NCBI GenBank assembly: GCA_963693365.1
Contig: CAVNZM010000019.1
Coordinates: 165,621 to 229,620, forward strand
DNA from: Amoebidium appalachense
Lineage: Eukaryota; Protista; Ichthyosporea
Direction: 5' to 3'
Length of the DNA: 64,000 nucleotides
A program made the translations under genes and the position numbers. The first letter of the stretch is position 1, and every line of letters starts with the position of its first letter. The notes under the pieces were generated by a model that was given only the letters and a program-made list of their open reading frames with translations, did no database searches and was not told the DNA's origin. Shown in pieces: positions 54,546-62,745 of the stretch.

Positions 54546-55235
54546 CTAATCCTGAAAGATCCTTGAAGCCCACAGGTAGTAGCAGTCTGACTTGCCACTG
54601 GCACCTGTTGGTGGGTGCAGTGGCCATTTGCAAACTCTAGGTTCGAGCGTGCATTTTGTGTGTCCAAGAATTTTTGTAATGGCCATCCCAAATGCCCGAG
54701 TGCTTGGCATAGGAGTTTGGGCAGCGTTGACGTTGTGCCATTCCTGAAAAAGCTGATACAAACCGGTTGATGTCACGGCACAACCGTCGTGGATGAATGT
54801 GAATTTTTCACATCCGTTTCTGTGTGACAACAGATCCCTTAGGAATTGCATCTCATTGTTAGCTGATGCGCACTCTGCCACTGGCTCTTCGGCCTCCACA
54901 TCCAGCGCTGGAAGTGGGCTCCAAATGAGCTGCAGGGTGTCTGGTTCGATCGTGGCTCTGATGCCCAGGCGCGTCATCGTTTCGATCGCCACTTTCAAGC
55001 AATCTAGGGACGCAATATCGAACAGATGTACCCGAGGTCGATGGTTCGGACAGTAGGCTTGATAGCACAGGACCTGCCCAACGGCGGATTTCCATTTAGA
55101 AGCGCGCTTGACTTCGATGACTTCCGTGGCCGTCAGCAGGTCGATCCGTCCTGCGGGCGTGCGTACCTCAATGGTTCCACCTTCGAGCTTGGCCAGCCTA
55201 TCCCTGACATATGACTCGTCGTAGGTAGCCATCAC
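54546..55235 (-). CDS. PD-(D/E)XK nuclease fused to a helicase-type wHTH domain
   Basis: GRIDLLT..EVIEVK..WKSAVGQVLCY; C-terminal FLRDLL..GCE..VTSTGLYQLFQEW..FGMAITKILG. Confidence 0.75.
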   Translation of the reverse strand: MMATYDESYVRDRLAKLEGGTIEVRTPAGRIDLLTATEVIEVKRASKWKSAVGQVLCYQAYCPNHRPRVHLFDIASLDCLKVAIETMTRLGIRATIEPDTLQLIWSPLPALDVEAEEPVAECASANNEMQFLRDLLSHRNGCEKFTFIHDGCAVTSTGLYQLFQEWHNVNAAQTPMPSTRAFGMAITKILGHTKCTLEPRVCKWPLHPPTGASGKSDCYYLWASRIFQD

Positions 55236-55285
55236 TTACAACACAAGAAAATAAAAATCACCCGCAGTCGATTGTTGGTTGCCAG

Positions 55286-55382
55286 TGGGTGGCTGGGGGT
55301 GGCTGGGAGGGGCCTGTGTGCACCGGTGCCCCGTCAGCCACGCGTGCCTCCTGTGCCTCGCGTGCCCCCCAGGCCCCGCGCT
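55286..55382. repeat. GC-rich hairpin repeat, copy 3
   Basis: begins right after the zinc-finger stop; CGTGCCTC..GCCTCGCGTGCC shared with copy 4. Confidence 0.65.
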
Positions 55383-55641
55383 AGTTTCGGGTCCGATTCG
55401 GGCTCCCCGGTTCTTTGGTGTGCTGCTGCATGTGCCGCTTGAGGCTCAAGGCATACCGAAACTGCCGCCCGCACCCCGCATGCGCGCACACGTGCCGCAG
55501 AATCCCCGCATGCCTGTCGCTGTGCGCCGCAAAGTTGCTGTTGCGGGTGGTGGAGTAGCCGCAACCGTCGACTGTGCACCGATACACCTTGTACGGGCGG
55601 ACCATGATGCCTTGGGGGGTCTTGCACGTACACAGATACAT
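55381..55641 (-). CDS. C2H2 zinc-finger protein (two fingers)
   Basis: YRCTVDGCGYS..FAAHSDRH and HVCAHAGCGRQF..LKRHMQQH. Confidence 0.85.
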   Translation of the reverse strand: MYLCTCKTPQGIMVRPYKVYRCTVDGCGYSTTRNSNFAAHSDRHAGILRHVCAHAGCGRQFRYALSLKRHMQQHTKEPGSPNRTRN

Positions 55642-55677
55642 GGTGTTATTGAGGGGGGAGAAAATAATTTCCAACGG

Positions 55678-56373
55678 CTACTGCTGCTCCGGGCTGTTGA
55701 TGACCTGACCATCGATCCTGTAGCAATAGACAACCTTGTTTGTTTCGGACACGCGAGGGTGGTCTGGCCAGCGCGTAACTCTTTTTACTTTGGCAGCTTT
55801 GGGTTTTCCCAAAATCTTCCTGAGGGTCATGCCGAAGATTTTTAAACTTGGAGCCGCTGTGGAAGAGAGATTCAGTTTATGCCATGAAAGGTATAGCTGG
55901 TACAGCCCCGATGATCTCACCAAGCAGCTATCCTTTATAAATGTCATGTCCTCACATCCGTTGGTATGGGAGAGCAAATCTCTTAAAAATTGCCGTTCTA
56001 CTTGCTTCCTCTGGGCATTCTTGGGCTTTGTAGTTTCTGATTTGGGGTTTGGACCCCATATATGCTGCAGTGTATCATGTTCTGCCGTGACGGTGATGTT
56101 ATGACGCATCATGGTCTCCACAGCTACCTTGTACGTGTCAGCGGAGGCATAGCCATATAGATGGACTCGCGCACGATGGGTGGGGTAGTGGTCTTTGTAT
56201 GCAAGTACCTGCCCCATCGCCGATTTCCAATATTGAACCTTCTTTACTTCAATGACTTCTGTGTCCGTCAGCAGGTCGATCCTACCGGCGGGAGTATGCA
56301 CCTCGCTCTTCCCACCCTCCAGTCGCATAAGTCGGTCCCTCACCAAACCTTCGTCACACAGCGTGCTAGCCAT
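55678..56373 (-). CDS. PD-(D/E)XK nuclease fused to a helicase-type wHTH domain (paralogue)
   Basis: GRIDLLTDTEVIEVK..WKSAMGQVLAY; FLRDLL..GCED..GLYQLYLSW..FGMTLRKILG. Confidence 0.75.
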   Translation of the reverse strand: MASTLCDEGLVRDRLMRLEGGKSEVHTPAGRIDLLTDTEVIEVKKVQYWKSAMGQVLAYKDHYPTHRARVHLYGYASADTYKVAVETMMRHNITVTAEHDTLQHIWGPNPKSETTKPKNAQRKQVERQFLRDLLSHTNGCEDMTFIKDSCLVRSSGLYQLYLSWHKLNLSSTAAPSLKIFGMTLRKILGKPKAAKVKRVTRWPDHPRVSETNKVVYCYRIDGQVINSPEQQ

Positions 56374-56430
56374 TGTAGTTGGCGCTAGAAAAAATATACA
56401 AGCCACGACACCCGATGCTGTGCATACCAG

Positions 56431-56531
56431 TGAGGGCTTGAGGGGCTGTGGGTGGCTCCCGTGGCACACGTGCCTCGCGGGCCTCGCGTGCCTCGCATGC
56501 CCCTCAGGGCCCCCCAGGCGCCCCCGCAGTG
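56431..56531. repeat. GC-rich hairpin repeat, copy 4
   Basis: TGAGGGGC..GCCCCTCA stem; truncates the adjacent helicase fragment. Confidence 0.65.
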
Positions 56532-57004
56532 TTGAACGTACGGCTGTGGGTAGACGTGTATCGCTGGTTACGGACACGGGTCTTGGGGTCGGGGTCGCTG
56601 GGGTCGAAAACAATACCACCGTCGTAGACGACCATTTGGCTGCTGTCCAGATGCCATGAGCCCTTGTATGTTTCCACCTTTTTGCCCGTCGGGTTGTATT
56701 TGAACTTGTACTTGGACAGCATGTCGGCCACCTTCTTCTTGGACTTGACCTCATGGACGAATCTCCCATCCTTGAAACGCTTGAAGAGGTACACACCGTC
56801 CGGGCGGGAATAAGCCACTAGTGTACGACAGAACGTGTGGATCTGCTCCTCGGTCCACTCGTAATTCTCGACAATGTCTGCGTCCAACCAGTTGTTGCGC
56901 GTGCCTGTTGTCCGCTCAAACTCTTCGTATGTCGCCAGTTTGCGCTGCTCGTTCTCGGACATGTCCGCGGCGATCTGCATGTATAGATCGTCCATGTTGT
57001 CCAT
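56504..57004 (-). pseudogene. N-terminal fragment of the SF3 helicase family (no P-loop)
   Basis: EWTEEQI..VAY..YLFK..VFDPSDPDPKT..RTFN matches the N-termini of the 47987 and 57230 helicases. Confidence 0.75.
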
Positions 57005-57080
57005 TGTAGAAAGAATGGGGAGAAAATGAACCCGGGTCTGCTTAAGTACCCCCCCCCCTATAGCTAGCATCTGTTGGTTC

Positions 57081-57220
57081 CTGAGGGGCTGTGAGGGGCA
57101 TGCGTGGCTCGCCTGCCTCGTGCTGCCCGTGAGACCACTGTGCCTCCTCTTCCTCCCCGGCCCCATGCCCTGTGTGCCACCCCCAGCCACCCCCAGCCCC
57201 CCATGCCCCCGCGCAGCGTT
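57081..57220. repeat. GC-rich hairpin repeat, copy 5
   Basis: two 19-nt blocks identical to copy 1; lies just after the helicase stop. Confidence 0.75.
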
Positions 57221-57229
57221 GGGGAATGG

Positions 57230-58714
57230 CTAGGCCTGTTTGATCTTCTCGTGGTCCAACAAAAAAGCGTACGACGTTCCGGTTGGGGACAGCGCAGGCA
57301 TCCCAGGTGCAACAGTCAGGTGGTTGTTCCGCACCCCTTTGTTGGGTCCAAGTATCTTGCTGAGCATGGAGCCCATGCTCTTCACACTGGCGTACGGGAT
57401 GCTCTTGGTCTTGCCGTTGAGTGAAAGCCACTCCTTGTACAGATGCAGCATCGTGGTGGCTGTAACACGGGCCCCGTTGGGAAGTTGCTCGATAGACATG
57501 CCCTCGGCGCCTGTCGCCATGTCTTTGAGAAACAGGAGTTCATCTGGCTGTGTCATTTCACGCAGTTCGCACCAGAGTTCGGTCTTGGGTGGAAGCGGAA
57601 GAACACGGGGGACATTGGGCATCTTCATGAAGTAGTCACAGACAGCCTGTAGGTTTGCAGGGTCTTCGTAAAATCGTGTAAAGTTCTGGTAGTAGGCTCT
57701 TGGATAGACCACTGGGGTCCCCTGCAAGCACACCCAACGACGGTCCGATTCCTCCACCCGAACGGGCCATTTCTCGTTTGAAAGCCAGACATAGCGTTCG
57801 AAACTCTTCACACACACAGCGTCCTGCCCCTTTCGCTCGATCATGTTCACCTGCTGGGTGATGCGAGCCTTCATCAGGTTCGCAATTTCCCTGTTACTGC
57901 CAAGACCCATTTCGTCGCACACAACCAGTAGCTTGTTCTCCAGATGCGCGTTGAACTTCCCCTCCAAATGCTCTCTGTGTGTGATATAACCACAATAACA
58001 ACTGCCAATGATGTTGGCGATGATCTCCCACCAGATGTTTTTCCCTATTCCCTGTATCGATCTCATGAGAATCGCTGTGCCAGACTTGACTTCAGGATAC
58101 TGGAAGATGTGTGCGACCCATTGCATCAGATAATGAAAGCTCTCCCGGTCATTGTTGCAAAGCACCTCAAAGGCGTGGCGTTCGAACAGGGAGACAGAAC
58201 CTGACTGCCAAGAAACGTTCTCGGGTTGGTGGGGTAGCGCCAATCCCTTGAACATGTTGTATGCCCGGCAACGTTGGACAAGGTATGCTGGCTTCGTGTT
58301 TCCAGTGCGTGGGTCTGGGGATGACGGGTCAAAAACAAAACAGGTGTAGTATGGAAAGCAAGGTGTTTTCAACACGTTTGCACCGTTGTACGTATCCTGT
58401 TTGCCGTTTGCATGCGGAACAAGCTGAAATAGAAAGGCTCCCAAAAACTCTTGGAGTGCAGCCTTTGTCTTGCGATGGTGTTTGTACAGGTTCGTGTCCT
58501 GGTCAAAAATCTTGACCAGATAGGCACCTTCCCTGCTGACATATGCGATGTTTGGGCTTAAAAAGGCAAACACCTCATCCAAAGTCCAATTTGCGCGTTG
58601 AACACATGTGTGGGGGTCAAACAACATGCTATGGTCAACCGAAAGGTCTTCGAATGCATCATAAGATGGTGGAACACTCATGATGCTTACAGTAGACTGA
58701 AGAAAAAAAAGCAT
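57230..58714 (-). CDS. SF3 helicase (D5/NrS-1-like) with C-terminal wHTH-like domain
   Basis: QGIGKN, VVCDE, WLSN, DRRW; paralogue of 47987; likely start near 58681. Confidence 0.88.
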   Translation of the reverse strand: MLFFLQSTVSIMSVPPSYDAFEDLSVDHSMLFDPHTCVQRANWTLDEVFAFLSPNIAYVSREGAYLVKIFDQDTNLYKHHRKTKAALQEFLGAFLFQLVPHANGKQDTYNGANVLKTPCFPYYTCFVFDPSSPDPRTGNTKPAYLVQRCRAYNMFKGLALPHQPENVSWQSGSVSLFERHAFEVLCNNDRESFHYLMQWVAHIFQYPEVKSGTAILMRSIQGIGKNIWWEIIANIIGSCYCGYITHREHLEGKFNAHLENKLLVVCDEMGLGSNREIANLMKARITQQVNMIERKGQDAVCVKSFERYVWLSNEKWPVRVEESDRRWVCLQGTPVVYPRAYYQNFTRFYEDPANLQAVCDYFMKMPNVPRVLPLPPKTELWCELREMTQPDELLFLKDMATGAEGMSIEQLPNGARVTATTMLHLYKEWLSLNGKTKSIPYASVKSMGSMLSKILGPNKGVRNNHLTVAPGMPALSPTGTSYAFLLDHEKIKQA

Positions 58715-58734
58715 GCATGCTCCTTTTATACCCT

Positions 58735-58851
58735 GTTGAAGAGTTAAAGCTGTTGAAGCTGTTGAAGGGGGGTTGTTTAAAATAGAAGTGTGACGGGCTG
58801 TGTGTGTGTGTGGGGTGATCTCGCGGACCTCAACGGTTCAACGGCTTCAAC
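58735..58851. promoter_or_regulatory. inverted GTTGAA/TTCAAC iteron cluster (candidate origin or operator)
   Basis: GTTRAA at 58735, 58743, 58752, 58761; YTCAAC at 58829, 58837, 58846. Confidence 0.55.
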
Positions 58852-59227
58852 AACAACCCATCATAGTGCCCCGCCCCCCCCCCCCCCCCCCCCTACCACC
58901 TGTACACCAGCACGCCGGCCAGCAGCACGAGCAGCACCATGCATGCAAGCGCTATGCCCCTCCACATCGAAGCGCTCTTGAGCTGTGCATCATGGTCGTC
59001 CAATGAAGTGCCCATGTAGAGCATGAAGCGCGTGCTGTTGTCGATGGTCAGGTGGTACTCGTGCGGGTCGGCGGCAATGTCATCCCTGCGCACCCACGAG
59101 TTACTCGGGTTGTCAAATCTCAGGTTTGCAATGTTCGGAGAAGTCATACCTTCCGAAGAGATAGTTTGGAGCGCCCCCTCCCCAGCAACTCGGGGAGCAC
59201 ACACAGAGATTATGCATCGCAGTGCTA

Positions 59228-59647
59228 ATGGAACCTAAAAACCGCTGGGACGTAGGGCGCGCCAAGACGGAGGACGCATTGCTCTTCGAGACCCTTGTCA
59301 AAGAACCGCCCCTGACCAAACCTCGGACCCTGCTCGAGTCCGCCTACCGTGCCGGAGTGTCACACGGCGCGCCCAGCACCATGGCGCCCGGCGGTGCAAC
59401 CACCGAGGACCTGAGCACAGCACTTGAAGATTGGGGTGAGCGCTGGCTTGACTATTTTTTCAAAGAGGTCGGCCACGTGGTGGAGGCAGCAGGGCTGCCG
59501 CTGCGCGAGGGTGTCTTTGACAGAGCCTACGGGCGCAACCGCAACCAGGAGTTCGAGGGGTGGGTGCGGACCTTGATGAGTGGAACGAGGGGACCCCCTG
59601 GAGCAACGCGGGCAACGTGGGGCATGCCTTATAGCAAAAAATCTTAA
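59228..59647 (+). CDS. hypothetical protein, paralogue of the 49554 C-terminus
   Basis: LSTALEDWGERWLD..VGHVVEAAGLPLREG..YGRN. Confidence 0.55.
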   Translation: MEPKNRWDVGRAKTEDALLFETLVKEPPLTKPRTLLESAYRAGVSHGAPSTMAPGGATTEDLSTALEDWGERWLDYFFKEVGHVVEAAGLPLREGVFDRAYGRNRNQEFEGWVRTLMSGTRGPPGATRATWGMPYSKKS

Positions 59648-60302
59648 ACAGTTTCGGGGTGAATATATAATGTAAATCCAACGATCCAAATAATGGTTTT
59701 GCAACTTCACATCGGGGTGAATATACAATGTAAATCAAACAACAGAAATAAAAATATCAATGTGCTTGGCGCTTTACTCGCACACTCTGTCGGAGCACCA
59801 GTCTCCGGTATTTTGGCATGAACTCGTCTGCATACACGTACTTCCTTGCACGTCTGTGACCCCTCTTTTTGGACCGACCTCTTCGTTTTGACATGACGTT
59901 CACCCAAAAATTGTGGGCAACCTCTCCTAGTGAAACCATTTCCTCCTCTTGCACCCAGCCGCGCACAGGTTGCTGGTCCACGCACCCTCCTCGAGCTCGA
60001 GGGACACCTTGCGCCACCCGGATTCTGCGCGCTTGATCTCGCACGCCACCACAATGTCTCCCGGTCGCACACCTGCGGTCCACATGCTTGTGCAACAGCG
60101 CACGCTCAGCACCTCACACTCCGATTCGGGCCCACGTACACACACGCCGAAACACGCAAGCGCGCACTCGTGGTCATGCAGCGCCTCGAGAACTGGCACC
60201 TTGCGAATGAGTGTGCGCCGACGCAGGCGGGGACTCTGGAGGGTATAAAAGCGTGTGTCTGACACGGGGAGCTGCCAGTCTGAATCTGCACCAGAACCGA
60301 CC

Positions 60303-60821
60303 ATGGCTTTTGAGCAGGACCTGAAGCTATTTGTCAATCGGCTGTCGCTGCTTGTATCCAACATGACGTTCGACTCGAACGGCGCCGGGAGGGTGGCAAG
60401 CCGGCCGCTACAGCTCCACGCAAGACTCGGCAAGGGCGACACGATGCTGTCGGACACGATGCTGCCGCTGCAGTCGGTGGAAACGTCGAACAGGACTGGA
60501 CTCAACCACCTGGTGTTTTCGACGTGTCCACTGGAGGGGGCCGGGGATGCGGTGACCATCGACCTGGATTGGGGCAAGTCGTTTCGGCTGACCTGGGAGC
60601 GCTGGGACACCACGCTGTCGCTGCTGCCACCGAGGGATCCGACGGAGGAGGAGGGCATGAGCGAGGGACGAGCTGTCCCCATGGAGGCAAAGAGAAAACG
60701 AACAACCCTTCTGCGAATCGACTTTTTGAAGGACTTCCTTTGGCATGACATGGGGTGCGACATTCTGTCGCTGCAGTTATATGAATCAGTACAGAAAAAT
60801 AGGCGGCAGTGTAGAGAATAA
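60303..60821 (+). CDS. hypothetical protein
   Basis: ATG at 60303 preceded by GGGTATAAAA at 60241. Confidence 0.6.
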   Translation: MAFEQDLKLFVNRLSLLVSNMTFDSNGAGRVASRPLQLHARLGKGDTMLSDTMLPLQSVETSNRTGLNHLVFSTCPLEGAGDAVTIDLDWGKSFRLTWERWDTTLSLLPPRDPTEEEGMSEGRAVPMEAKRKRTTLLRIDFLKDFLWHDMGCDILSLQLYESVQKNRRQCRE

Positions 60822-61098
60822 TGCAGGTATCGCGCAGTGCGTGTGTGTGTGCGACTGCGGGGGCCCCGGATGGTGCAGCACGCGTATATAAGCAGGGCCA
60901 CACCCAACGTGTCGTCCGAGCGCATGCTTGTGTGTGCGCACACAAATTTGATTAAAAAGACCACACGCGACCCAAAGACCACCCCGGGTCAGACCAAGGA
61001 CCCCCCCCCCCCCCCCCAAAACCAGCACACCCGGCTCCGCCCACTCGGCCGTCACCCCCAACGGAGGTAACTAAAAAAGCCAACGTTTTCCTTTGCCC

Positions 61099-61415
61099 TG
61101 AGTAATTCAAGTTACTCTGAGCATAAAATTAATGGTTTTTTATTTGTTTCATGAGTAACAATATCTTACTCAGGGTACTCATTCTGAGTAACACAGACAA
61201 GTTTCCCCCACTAGATGTTACTCACCCAAATATGGTAAAGGTTTCCTTTTTAGGTATAAAAATATGCAATTGTCATATAGTGAGTAGGATGAGTAGAATG
61301 AGTACGTACTCATCTACTGTGGGCTACGGGTATACCTAAATCTCAATCCAAAAGGAAATTGGAACACCCGGGGGAGACCAGATGAGTAGGTACTCAAGCT
61401 ACTCATCCTACTCAC
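61099..61415. promoter_or_regulatory. AT-rich TGAGTA/TACTCA iteron cluster (candidate replication origin)
   Basis: 14 hexamers counted; 16-bp palindrome 61298-61313; 17-bp inverted repeat 61280-61296 / 61399-61415. Confidence 0.65.
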
Positions 61416-61690
61416 CCCATCAAAATGGCCTCAAAATTTAGGTGGTACCCCTTACACCTCCCCTGGACACACAAACTCATTCCATTAACTTTGTCCCCGA
61501 AAAGCTTCGAGAGGCATTCGCCCACTTGTCGCAGGCTGGCTGTCTGCGGGTTCTTGCCGTTTAAGCGCATCCACTCTTGAAGATGAAGGTGGACTCGGTT
61601 GCTGTCACAAACTTTCGGTCGGTGAGGGCCATTCTTTCCAGTGTCCTCCCCATGACAACATCCTTCAAAAAGGACAGACAGTCAGATCGG
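61412..61690 (-). pseudogene. remnant of the helicase C-terminal wHTH-like domain (one frameshift; absent from the ORF track)
   Basis: manual translation: DCLSFLKDVVMG..FVTATE / HLHLQEWMRLNGKNPQTASLRQVGECLSKLFG..GYHLNFE. Confidence 0.7.
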
Positions 61691-61698
61691 GAAAACGA

Positions 61699-62343
61699 TG
61701 TTCAGACGTCTCCTTAGGATGGTGCAGACGTGTACTTAAAGGGTGGGGCTGTGCAGACGTGTACTTAAAGGGTGGGGCTGTGCAGACGTGTACTTAGGAT
61801 GGTGTAGAGGTACTTAGGGCTGTGCAGACGTGTACTTAGGATGGTGTAGAGGTACTTAGGGTGGTGCAGACGTGTACTTAGGGTGGTGCAGACGTGTACT
61901 TAGGGTGGTGCAGACGTGTACTTAGGGTGGTGCAGACGTGTACTTAGGGTGGTGCAGACGTGTACTTAGGGTGGTGCAGAGGTGTACTTAGGGTGGTGCA
62001 GACGTGTACTTAGGGTGGTGCAGACGTGTACTTAGGGTGGTGCAGACGTGTACTTAGGGTGGTGCAGAGGTGTACTTAGGGTGGTGCAGACGTGTACTTA
62101 GGGTGGTGCAGAGGTGTACTTAGGGTGGTGCAGACGTGTACTTAGGGTGGTGCAGACGTGTACTTAGGGTGGTGCAGAGTGTACTTAGGGTGGGGCTGTG
62201 CACGAAGTGTACTTAGGGTGGTGCAGACGTGTACTTAGGGTGGGGCTGTGCACCACAGTGTACTTAGGGTGGTGCAGACGTGTACTTAGGGTGGGGCTGT
62301 GCACCACAGTGTACTTAGGGTGGTGCAGAGTGTACTTAGGTGG
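61699..62343 (+). repeat. 22-bp tandem array GTGTACTTAGGGTGGTGCAGAC (roughly 28 units)
   Basis: read directly; homogeneous centre, degenerate ends. Confidence 0.95.
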
Positions 62344-62745
62344 GTGTCTTGTGGTGAAAGTAAAGTTTATGGCATACAGGCAGATGTGTGCTTTAAGCCT
62401 TAGGGAACTGTGGGCAGACATGTCAACACTTGGGCCTATGGGTAGACGTGTACACACTTAGTGTATTTGTTTGTGTCTCTCATGGTTATTTTATAGCATG
62501 AAGCACTGCAAAAAATGGTGTATGTTTCCGTGGTCCACGTACACAGAATCCTTTAATATGAACACAAGTGATTGTATAGAAAAAGAGTAAGTACGTACAT
62601 GATAGTCTAGTCAGATTACAAAGAACAAATCAACTTGGACCGAGTATATTCAAATACAAACTAAAAGAGAAAAGAAACAAATAAATCAAGACCGATCAAT
62701 TCAAATACAAATCAAAAGAGAATGCCACTTAGTCGACCAATCAAA

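Noticed and set aside
52092-57220. Canonical integron attC sites
   Set aside because: A GTTRRRY core appears only at 56530 (GTTGAAC), RYYYAAC partners are inconsistent, and no tyrosine recombinase is in the window.
59654-59750. Two ~29-bp direct repeats 58 bp apart (mini-CRISPR?)
   Set aside because: Only two copies, in an AT-rich stretch between convergent ORFs; looks like a local duplication. The same applies to 62640-62725.
61699-62343. CRISPR array
   Set aside because: Units are contiguous with no unique spacers, and there are no cas genes.
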